Positions 18,827-29,000 of a stretch of 64,000 nt of DNA are shown piece by piece. Position numbers and translations under genes: made by a program. Below the pieces are notes generated by a model. It saw only the letters and a program-made list of their open reading frames with translations. It ran no database searches and was not told where the DNA came from. Location: contig JANMPT010000024.1 of NCBI GenBank assembly GCA_031370005.1, forward strand, positions 64,001 through 128,000, read 5' to 3'. Within the stretch, counting starts at the first letter, position 1, and each line of letters opens with the position of its first letter. Source of the DNA: Bdellovibrionales bacterium (GTDB lineage: Bacteria > Bdellovibrionota > Bdellovibrionia > Bdellovibrionales > Bdellovibrionaceae).

Positions 18827-18865
18827 AAGTCTGATTCAAGTCTGATTTCATGTCCAAGTCTGATT
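18827..18865. repeat. Three direct repeats AAGTCTGATT in a divergent promoter region
   Basis: Copies at 18827, 18838 and 18856, just upstream of TTGACT (18868). Confidence 0.75.
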
Positions 18866-18951
18866 TCTTGACTGGCCTAGGGGGCAGTGCTACCCAGATA
18901 AGAGCTGAAATAAGGGACAGGATAAGCGACTTTTCTAGATAAGGGCATTTC

Positions 18952-20286
18952 ATGAAGATCAAGCACCTCGAGGATTTAAGCACTTTGGTTTCTCTGTCCA
19001 AACGTCGTGGTTTTGTTTTCCCAAGCAGTGATATCTATGGGGGACTTGCCTCCTGCTGGGATTATGGCCCCCTGGGTTCCCTTTTGAAGATGAACGTGAA
19101 GCGTGCCTGGTGGAATGCAATGACTCGCAGAAGTGATATCGTTGGTCTTGATGCTGCGATTTTAATGCATCCAATGGTATGGAAGGCCTCTGGACACGTC
19201 GATGGTTTTTCAGATCCCTTGGTGGACTGTAAAGACTGTAAGACGCGTTTTCGTGCAGATAACACAGACTCTTATATCAATGAAAAGAAATGTCCAAACT
19301 GTGGCAGTAAAAATCTGTCTGAAGAGCGCAGTTTCAATTTGATGTTTAAAACTCATATAGGTCCACTGGAGGATTCAGGCAGCGAGATTTATCTTCGCCC
19401 TGAGACGGCGCAAGGTCATTTCGTGAATTTCTTAAATTGCCAACAGAGCTCGCGTTACAAAATTCCATTTGGGATTGCCGCTATTGGCAAGTCCTTCCGT
19501 AATGAGATCACTCCAGGTAATTTTATTTTTCGTACGCGTGAGTTTGAGCAAATGGAAATGCAATACTTTGTGAAACCGGGTACAGATGAGCAGTTCTTTT
19601 TACAGTGGAAAGAGATTCGTAAGAATTTTTATTTGAAGTATGGAATTAGAGAAGAGAACTTGAAGTTTAAGGACCATGAAAAGCTTGCCCATTACGCAAG
19701 GGCAGCGGTGGATGTAGAATTTAAATTTCCTATGGGCTTCAGCGAGCTTGAAGGGATTCATAACCGCTCGGACTTTGATTTGACTCAGCATATGAAGTTC
19801 TCTGGTAAGTCCCTGGAGTACTTTGATGAAGCAAACAAAGAAAAATACATTCCGTATGTGATCGAAACTGCCGTAGGCTGTGATCGCCTGATTTTAGCTT
19901 TTATGTGCGATGCCTACCGGGAAGAAATAACTTCAGATGAGAAGGGTGAAGACACACGTGTTGTCATGGGCTTCCATCCAGATATTGCTCCGATCAAAGT
20001 TGCTATTTTACCACTGTCAAAAAAAGAAGAACTTTCAAGCATTGCCGGAAAGCTTCGAGATCAATTGGCTGAAGATTTTGATGTGATCTACGACGAGACC
20101 GCCTCCATTGGTAAACGCTATCGACGCCAGGATGAGATCGGAACTCCGTTTTGTGTGACAGTGGATTTCGACACACTTAATGACCAGGCAGTGACTGTGC
20201 GCCACCGCGACACTATGGTTCAGGAACGAGTTTCAATGGCTCAGCTCAATGGCTATGTTGCCGGGAAACTAAAAGACTTCAATTAG
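18952..20286 (+). CDS. glyQS: Glycine--tRNA ligase, alpha2 type
   Basis: [31 protein letters not shown], anticodon-binding domain. Confidence 0.97.
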   Translation: MKIKHLEDLSTLVSLSKRRGFVFPSSDIYGGLASCWDYGPLGSLLKMNVKRAWWNAMTRRSDIVGLDAAILMHPMVWKASGHVDGFSDPLVDCKDCKTRFRADNTDSYINEKKCPNCGSKNLSEERSFNLMFKTHIGPLEDSGSEIYLRPETAQGHFVNFLNCQQSSRYKIPFGIAAIGKSFRNEITPGNFIFRTREFEQMEMQYFVKPGTDEQFFLQWKEIRKNFYLKYGIREENLKFKDHEKLAHYARAAVDVEFKFPMGFSELEGIHNRSDFDLTQHMKFSGKSLEYFDEANKEKYIPYVIETAVGCDRLILAFMCDAYREEITSDEKGEDTRVVMGFHPDIAPIKVAILPLSKKEELSSIAGKLRDQLAEDFDVIYDETASIGKRYRRQDEIGTPFCVTVDFDTLNDQAVTVRHRDTMVQERVSMAQLNGYVAGKLKDFN

Positions 20287-20295
20287 GAGGCATTA

Positions 20296-23010
20296 ATGCA
20301 GACTCAAACAAGAACTTCTAGTTCAGGCTCGAAAACGACTATTCCGCAAAAGTTCGTTTATTTTTTTGCTGCAGGCGATACTGACGGAAACGCTGGGATG
20401 AAAAATACCTTGGGAGGCAAGGGTGCAAACCTTGCAGAAATGACATCTCTTGGGATTCCGGTTCCTCCAGGTTTTACGATATCAACTGAGATCTGCGCAC
20501 ATTTTTACGAAGCAGGAGGAACTCTTCCAGAGTGGACAAGGCCGACGGTTCTAGAGGCGATGAAGAAAGTAGAATCGAAGATCGGTAAAAAATTTGGCGA
20601 TGTAAATAAGCCGCTTTTAGTTTCTGTGCGCTCAGGGGCGCGAGCTTCTATGCCGGGGATGATGGATACAATTTTAAACCTCGGCCTGAACGATCAAACG
20701 GTGGAAGGTCTGGCGAAGTCTTCGAACAACCCACGTTTTGCCTGGGATTCCTATCGTCGATTTATTCAGATGTATTCTGACGTTGTGATGGGAATGAATT
20801 CTTCACTTTTGGAAGTAACTCTCGAGGATTTAAAGGATGAAAAGAAATATAAGCTTGATACGGAACTTGTGGTTGAAGACCTAAAATATCTTGTTAAAAA
20901 ATTCAAAGACCTTGTTTATCAAATAACTGGTCGGGTTTTTCCGAACGACCCTTATGAGCAACTTTGGGGTGCTATTACGGCGGTTTTCCATTCTTGGAAT
21001 ACACCACGGGCGATCACATATCGCGATTTGCACAGTATTCCTGCGGCTTGGGGAACAGCTGTCAATATTCAAGCGATGGTTTTTGGTAATATGGGTGAAG
21101 ATTCTGCAACAGGAGTGGCATTTACTCGCGATCCAAGCACTGGCGAAAAGGCGTTCTACGGAGAGTTCCTGATTAATGCCCAAGGCGAAGATGTGGTTGC
21201 CGGGATTCGAACCCCACAGTCAATTACGAAAATTGCAGCGGCAAAAACTGGAGCTAAATCTCTTGAAGAAGCGATGCCGGAAGCCTATGGCGACTTAGTT
21301 GCAATTTACAAGAAACTCGAAGGCCATTACAGAGACATGCAAGATGTTGAGTTTACTATTGAGAGAAACAAGCTCTGGATGTTGCAGACTCGTAATGGTA
21401 AGCGCACAGCAAAAGCAGCATTGAAAATTGCATGTGATATGATAGATGAAAAATTGATTACTGAAGAAGAGGCCATTTTGCGACTTGATCCCGCATCTTT
21501 GGATCAATTGTTACATCCTGCCCTTGATCCGAAAGCCACGAGAACTCTACTTGCGAAAGGCTTGCCAGCAAGCCCTGGTGGCGTGCACGGGCATATTGTT
21601 TTTACTCCTGAAGATGCTGTGGAGTGGAAAGAACTTGGAAAAAAAGTAATCCTTGTTCGTGTTGAGACCTCTCCGGAAGATATTGCGGGGATGATTGCGG
21701 CCCAAGGGATCTTTACAACTCGCGGGGGAATGACGTCACACGCGGCAGTTGTGGCACGTGGCATGGGCAAGTGCTGTGTTGCCGGTTGCAGCGAGGCCGA
21801 CGTGGACTATAGCCAGCAAACTATGAAGGTGAAAGGCTATGTTCTTAAAAAAGGCGATATCATTACTTTAGACGGTGGCACCGGAGAAGTTTTCTTGGGT
21901 GAAGTGAAAACTATCGAGCCAAAACTAGATGCCGATTTTGAACGTATCATGAAAATTGCTGACAAGACACGTCGACTGAAGGTGCGAGCCAATGCTGACA
22001 CACCCAAAGATGCCCAAACAGCGCGTAACTTCGGAGCAGAGGGCATTGGTTTATGCCGTACGGAGCATATGTTCTTTGGTGCAGATCGTATTGATGTGGT
22101 TCGAGAGATGATCTTGGCGGAGGGCAAGCCTGAGCGCGAACGCGTTTTGACAAAGCTGTTGCCAATGCAGCGTTCAGATTTTTATGAGCTTTTTAAAATC
22201 ATGGAAGACTTGCCGGTGACTATCCGTTTGCTGGATCCTCCACTTCATGAATTCGTGCCTCATACTGAAAAAGAGATTAATGAGCTTGCGAAGCGCATTA
22301 ACTATGATGTCGATAAGCTTCGCAGCAAAGTAAAATCTTTGCACGAATTCAATCCAATGTTGGGCCATCGTGGTTGTCGTTTGGCAATCACCTTCCCTGA
22401 AATCTATCAAATGCAAGTTCGTGCTATTGCTGAAGCGGCTTCAGAAATCGTAAAATCTGGAAGAAAATTAATTCCGGAAATCATGATTCCCTTGATTGCT
22501 ACAGATAAGGAGCTTGAAATTCTTCGCGGCCTTGTGATTGCAGAAGTTGAGAAGGTTAAAAAAGAACAAAATGTAAAATTCGATTACCAGGTTGGAACAA
22601 TGATTGAGCTTCCCCGTGCGGCTGTGACGGCAGATGCAATTGCGGATTTTGCTGACTTTTTTAGCTTTGGAACAAACGACCTAACACAGACGACTTTGGG
22701 TCTTTCTCGGGATGATGCAGGAAGATTTCTTGGTAGCTACGTCAGTAATGGGATTTTCGCCAAAGATCCTTTTGTGACAATTGATAAAGTCGGTGTGGGC
22801 GCCCTCGTAAGAACAGCCACTGATCTAGGGCGTCGATCTAAACCAAATTTAAAAGTCGGTGTCTGTGGTGAGCATGGTGGCGATCCAGATTCTATTGATT
22901 TTTTCAACTCTGTGGGACTTGATTACGTTTCTTGCTCACCGTTTCGTGTGCCGATCGCTCGTTTGGCGGCAGCACGTGCCACATTGGTGACTAAGAAGTT
23001 GCATTCATAG
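20296..23010 (+). CDS. ppdK: Pyruvate, phosphate dikinase
   Basis: GGKGANLAEM, SVRSGA, GGMTSHAAVVARG, GLCRTEHMF, GTNDLTQ, CGEHGGDP. Confidence 0.98.
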   Translation: MQTQTRTSSSGSKTTIPQKFVYFFAAGDTDGNAGMKNTLGGKGANLAEMTSLGIPVPPGFTISTEICAHFYEAGGTLPEWTRPTVLEAMKKVESKIGKKFGDVNKPLLVSVRSGARASMPGMMDTILNLGLNDQTVEGLAKSSNNPRFAWDSYRRFIQMYSDVVMGMNSSLLEVTLEDLKDEKKYKLDTELVVEDLKYLVKKFKDLVYQITGRVFPNDPYEQLWGAITAVFHSWNTPRAITYRDLHSIPAAWGTAVNIQAMVFGNMGEDSATGVAFTRDPSTGEKAFYGEFLINAQGEDVVAGIRTPQSITKIAAAKTGAKSLEEAMPEAYGDLVAIYKKLEGHYRDMQDVEFTIERNKLWMLQTRNGKRTAKAALKIACDMIDEKLITEEEAILRLDPASLDQLLHPALDPKATRTLLAKGLPASPGGVHGHIVFTPEDAVEWKELGKKVILVRVETSPEDIAGMIAAQGIFTTRGGMTSHAAVVARGMGKCCVAGCSEADVDYSQQTMKVKGYVLKKGDIITLDGGTGEVFLGEVKTIEPKLDADFERIMKIADKTRRLKVRANADTPKDAQTARNFGAEGIGLCRTEHMFFGADRIDVVREMILAEGKPERERVLTKLLPMQRSDFYELFKIMEDLPVTIRLLDPPLHEFVPHTEKEINELAKRINYDVDKLRSKVKSLHEFNPMLGHRGCRLAITFPEIYQMQVRAIAEAASEIVKSGRKLIPEIMIPLIATDKELEILRGLVIAEVEKVKKEQNVKFDYQVGTMIELPRAAVTADAIADFADFFSFGTNDLTQTTLGLSRDDAGRFLGSYVSNGIFAKDPFVTIDKVGVGALVRTATDLGRRSKPNLKVGVCGEHGGDPDSIDFFNSVGLDYVSCSPFRVPIARLAAARATLVTKKLHS

Positions 23011-26000
23011 TCACCACGACCTTGTGGATTTTTCCATCATCAACTAGCGGGATTGGCGCCTCGCTGTCTAATGGTTTTCCATCGAGTATAATTTTTTGTA
23101 AACCTCGTGAATAGGGTTCAGGATTTTCAATGCATATTTCATAGACAGATTTGCGGTATTTATATCGTAAGTTCGCAGACGCCCAGTTAGTTGAAATTTG
23201 TGGAACTAAAAAAAGCTCCTCTCCTTTGAGTCGGAATCCAAGAATGTATTCTAAAGCAGCGCGATAGGTCCATGCCGAGGAGCCCGTATACCAACTCCAT
23301 CCTCCGCGACCAGTATGGGGCTCTTCTGAATAAACGTCTCCGGCCATCACATAAGGCTCAATTTTGTAGCGCATCACAGCCTCAGGAGTGAGCCCATGAT
23401 AGATTGGATTGATCAAGTTAAAGAGCTCTAATGCTTGCCGACCCTCTCCCAACATGGCCCAAGCGATAATGCACCAGGCGGCGGCATGGGTATATTGGCC
23501 GCCGTTCTCACGAACGCCTGGAATATAACCCTTGATATAGCCTGGATCGAAAGGCGTTTTATCAAAAGGAGGAGTGAAGAGGAGTATTAGCTGCTCTTGC
23601 CGGCGCACCAGTATTTTATCTAGTGCCTGCATTCCATGGAGTGCTCGGGCCGGATCTGCGGCGCCGGAGATCACCGCCCATGTTTGCGCGAGGGAGTCAA
23701 TGCGACATTCGCTGTTGGCAGCAGAACCAATTGGGGTTCCATCATCGTAAAAAGCCCGACGATACCAGTCGCCATCCCAGGCTTCGCGCTCCAATGATAT
23801 TTTCAACTGTTCTGCATGTTGCAACCAGCCCTCAGCGCGCTTGCTATCGCCGCGGGCTTGGGCAAGAGTCGAGAACTGTTGCAGATTCAAATATAAAAAC
23901 CAGCCGAGCCAAACGCTTTCGCCTTTGCCATTTTTGCCGACACGGTTCATTCCATCATTCCAATCCCCACTGCCAATGAGGGGCAAACCGTGAATACCAG
24001 TGGCAAGACTGTGATCAAGAGCGCGGGCACAGTGCTCGTAGAGTGTGGCGGTTTGATGCGAGATTGTGGGAGTATAATAAGAGTCCTCTTGATCTGGCCT
24101 CAGTGTCGGGCCTTCGATAAAAGCGATTTCCTCATCCAATATGGAGAGATCTTTTGATGCCTCCAAATAGTGAGAGGTCACAAAAGGCAGCCACAAAAGA
24201 TCATCAGAAAAATGTGTGCGCACACCGCGACCCAGTGGAGGATGCCACCAGTGCTGAACGTCGCCTTCGATAAACTGCCGACTGGCGGCGAGCAATAAAT
24301 GTGAACGCACCATTTGAGGAGCGACAATGACTAGGGCCATCATGTCTTGAAGCTGATCACGGAATCCAAAAGCACCACCGGATTGATAAAAAGCTGAGCG
24401 TGCCCAACAACGGCAGGAAAGATTTTGATAAGGGAGCCAGCGATTCACCATAAAATTGAAGGCTTTGTCGGGGGTTTCAACTTGTACTTGCCCAAGCCAC
24501 TCGTCCCATTGTTGAGTAACTTTTTTAAGAAGACTTTCGCTAGATTGATTTTGTAGTTCAAAAATTAAGGCTCGCGCTTCCTCGCGGCTATCGGCTTGTC
24601 CTAGAACAAAAGACACTTCAAGTATTTCTTCTGGCCCAATCTGCACATCGATTTGAAAAGCTCCACAGGGATCAAGAGCCGCGCCGACGTGTTCGGAAAG
24701 CGGCTCTCCACTTAAAATTCCCAAAGGAGAATCAAGTTTGTGATTGCGACCGATGAACTCTCGGCGATTGCCGGTGACATGTTGCTTGTGATTAAGGAAG
24801 CTTGCAAAGGAGACCCTCTGGCCGTAATCACTGCTTCTTACATTGGTTGCAAAAATAGCTCCGGTTTTTTCATCGATTTCGGTGACAATATGAGGAGCTG
24901 TGCTTGAACGTAAAAAGCCCAAAGTCCACTCAACATAAGCATAAAGGGACAAGCGCCGCCATTGCTTTGAGCGATTTTCTAGACGTAAGCTGGAGATTTT
25001 CACAGAGCGATCAAAGGGCACGAACTGTGTTAGGGTGCTGTGAATATCGTGGGATAAGTGTTCAAAGTGGCTATAGCCCTGGCCATGGCGGGCGATGTAA
25101 GTGGCTTCTTCCACTCGAATTGGCAAAGCCGTGGGCGTCCACAGACATTTGGAATCAAGATCATAAATATAAAAAACTTCACCGCTTGGATCGCTGATTG
25201 GATCATTTGACCAGGGGGTGATTTGATTTTCACGACTATTCAAAGACCAGGTATATCCGGAGCCGCTTTCAGAGACTTGGAAACCGAAAATGCCATTTGA
25301 AATTACATTAATCCAGGGAGCTGGCGTGTTTTCCGAACTATTGTTAAGAATAATTACATACTCTCTACCATCGGGAGTAAAGCCGCCGATTCCATTAAAA
25401 AACTCAAGTTCTGGACGTGGCAAAAGTGGTGCTTTTGTTTCGCGTTGGCTTTTTGCTTCAAGAGCCGGCGAGGTAGAGGGCTGAAGCATGCGGTTGACTT
25501 GATCAGATAGGCTGCCGTGGTGAGCGGACAAACTGATGCGAGCTTCGGCATAAATAACCAAACGTTGCTCTCGTGGAAGCATATCTTCACGGAGGATAAA
25601 AACTTTTCCGCGAGAGAGTGGAATTTGTGGAGGAGGGCTGCTCAATCCCAAGTGGACCATGGACTCCAGGGTCTCCTGAAGCTCTTGGCTATAAGAGCTG
25701 CCTTTGGCATTGATGATGACTAGATCAACCACAAATCTTTTTAATGCCAGGTACTCTTGGGCTTTTAAAAGCTGACGAACGACGCTGCGATCATCGATAT
25801 CTTCAATGCGCACCACGATGAGTGGAAAATCTCCAGAAATTCCTTGGGCCCAGAGATGGGTGATATCTTGATTATTGTGCTTTAACACTGCATTCGATGG
25901 GCGAAGGGAGGAGTCAAGATAAAGCAAGCGAGTTGCCAGGCGTTGAAAAAGATGCGCCTCTTCGGGCTCAATGTTTAGGTACTGAAGTTTTACTTGTGCT

Positions 26001-29000
26001 TGAGCCCAAGCCAAGGTCGAAACTCGCTCATAGGTCAAGGGCTCATGGAAACTTTCAGTGAGTCGGAGAATTTCACTTCGCGACTCAGCCACGAGAGTGG
26101 AAAAGAAAATAGTGGTGGCAGTGCCTGGCTCCAAGCGAAGACGGGCGCGCAGACTGAAAATAGGATCTAAGACTGCGCCCACGCTTTGGGATAGGTTTTG
26201 ATCGTTGAAAATGGCCTGTGGTTCACGAATTGTTTTGCCTCGGCCGAGAAATTGGGCGCGATCCGTTTCGTATTGGATTTCGTATTCAGCTTCGCCAACC
26301 AGCGGATTTGGAGTCATGATTACGTGGGCCGCCCATAGAGTGTGGTCTTTGGAGGAGCGCGGTCGTCGATGAGCAAGAAGGGCTTGAGTTTCTGGCAAGT
26401 ACTCGGTTTGCAGAAATAAGTTTGAAAACGCAGGATGAGCCATATCTGCTGCCGGCGTATTTAACACTACCTCAGCATATGAGGTGACTTCAATTTCTCT
26501 GGCGAACTCACTATTATTTGTCAAAGTGAGTTGGCGTATTTCGGCGTTATTTTCCGGGGAGACAAAGACCTCGAGCTCAGATTTAATTTTTTCTTCTTCG
26601 CGACGAAAGATAGCACGATCTTCGGCGAAGGTGACTTCGTAATTCTCAGGAGGCGTTCCCAGAGGTTGAAATGTTGCTGACCAAACTTTTTGTCTCTCAA
26701 GATCCTTGATAAAAATATAACTACCCCAATGATCTTGAGTGACATCCTCTCGCCACCTTGTCAGGGCCAGATCTTGATAGTGGCTATAGCCAGAGCCAGC
26801 AGAGGTCAGCATCACTGAGTAATTCCCATTTGATAGAATTTGAGTTCTTGGGGTCGGAAGATGGACGCTGTGATAGCGTCTGGAAAGGCTTTCAACGTCT
26901 TCACGTATAAACATTTGCGCATGATTTTCTGATGTTGGAATAACGCCGACAGCCCGCGGGGTTCTTTCTTGCAATAGGAGCTCCGTAGCTTGCACCAGAG
27001 GCTCGTTGTGAAAGAGGCGGCAAAATAGTCCATCATTAAAAACGTTCGCCAAAGAGACTAATGACATACCTTGATGATGGGCCATGTACGCGCGAACTAA
27101 AACAAAGCTGCGATTCGTGGGAACTCGGGAGCGGGTGTAGTCCACGGCCTCGTAATAGCCATAAGTTCCGCAGGCACCAATTGCTTTGAGATCATGAAGA
27201 TTTTTGGCGGCCAAAGAGGGCTCGTACATAGCGGCTAGCAGAGTTGCATAAGGAGCAATCACAATATTAGCGCCTAATCCGCGCTTGAGGGCGAGGTCAG
27301 GAATTCCAAAATTTGAGTATTGATAAGTCAAATGGAGGTCGCGTTTGTTGTAGGCAGACTCGGAAATTCCCCAGGGAATGGCACGCTCTTTTCCATAGGA
27401 AATCTGTCGCTGAATGATTAACTCACAGGTCTTTTTGATAAGACCGCCCTCGGGTGTTTTCATCACCAGAGAAGGCATAAGATATTCAAACATGGATCCT
27501 GACCAGGAAACCAAGGCGGAACCTTTTTCCACTTGTGTTAGGCTGCGACCTAAACAGAACCAATGGGAAACTGAGACATCACCTTTAGCAATGGCGATGA
27601 AGCTCAGTAAGCGCGCTTCTGAAGCGAGAAGGTCGTAGTAGCTGGGATCGAGCGCTTTTTCGAAAACGCGATAGCCAATGGAAAAAAGCTTTCTATTTTT
27701 GTCATAGAGCAGGCGAAAGTCCATATCATTAAATAGTTTGTAAGAAATGGCTTGGGAGCATTTGGCTTTGGCAATCAAGGATTTTGCAGCGTGAACACTT
27801 GCCTCAAGACGATCAAGCAGGTTGCGGATGAACAGGAGTGCTTCGCTGGTGAGATTGCTTGATTGCTTTTCAAGATCGAGAATTTTTTCGATAAGTGTGC
27901 CGCAATGATTTGGAATCATTTCAAGGGAAATATCTTGACTTAGTTTTTGTTGAATCCTCGCCCACACGTTCAGAATTTCTTGCGAATTTATGCCAGGAAG
28001 AGATTTTTTTCCGAACTCAGACCAACTTAGTAAAGATTGATAGTCCGCACTGAGGCTGACAATATTATTGTGAAATTCATGAGCCCAAGTCAGGATTTCA
28101 TGATCTTCGGGTTCTTTAAATGAGCTTACTACTTGGTTGGCAATTGCTGCGGACTGGTCTTTAAGACTTTTCCAGTATGAACTATCTGCCTGTATTTCCT
28201 TGGCAAGCTCAAGTGTTTTCTCGACGTCGTGGACCTTGGCCAGTAGCCGGTCGTCTTCAAGAGGTAGGGCTTGTTTTAGTAGCTCCAGACTTTCTCTAAC
28301 ACCGAGGCAGAGGCTCGCCATATCGATCTTTTGTGTCAGAATATGATTAAAACTTTGTGCGACAGCAATCAGATGTCCCGCTAAATTACCGTTGTCTACA
28401 GAAGAAATATATTTAGGATCGAGTGGACTGAGGCTGGTGGTTTCGTACCAGTTATAAAAGTGACCGTTATATTTTGGCAACTCTTGTAAGCTATCGAGGG
28501 TTTCACTTAAATGATGAATGGTATCGTGTAGACTAATCCAGCCAAAACTTCGAGCAGAAAAAACGGACAAGAGATAGAGGCCGAAATTCGTCGGAGAGCT
28601 GCGGTGGGCAAGGACTGGGTTGGGTTCTTCTTGAAAGTTGTCTGGTGGTAAGAAGTGATCTTCGGCTTTTACGAAACGAGAAAAAAAGAGCCAGATGCGG
28701 CGTCCAGCAAGCCGCAGGACTTTTTGATCAGAGTCACTCATGGGGCGAAGTGTTTTTTCTTCGAGAGGACAACTAATCACATAGGCATAGAAAGGAGAGA
28801 GCAACCAGGCTAAAAAAATCAGGCTTCCCAAAAAGACGCCCGAGGGGTTGAGTATGGAGACGGCCAATATGCCTAGGCAGGTTAAAATTAAGGCGCCACG
28901 CATTTCATAAAAAAATCCTTTGATATTTAAATTTGCTGCAGCCTTTGTTTGCGCGGCTGTAGTCCACTCTAGAAGATATTTTTTACTAATTATTAGACGA

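Noticed and set aside
18952..23010. glyQS-ppdK linkage as a novelty
   Set aside because: Adjacency of glycyl-tRNA synthetase and ppdK genes is known from other bacteria
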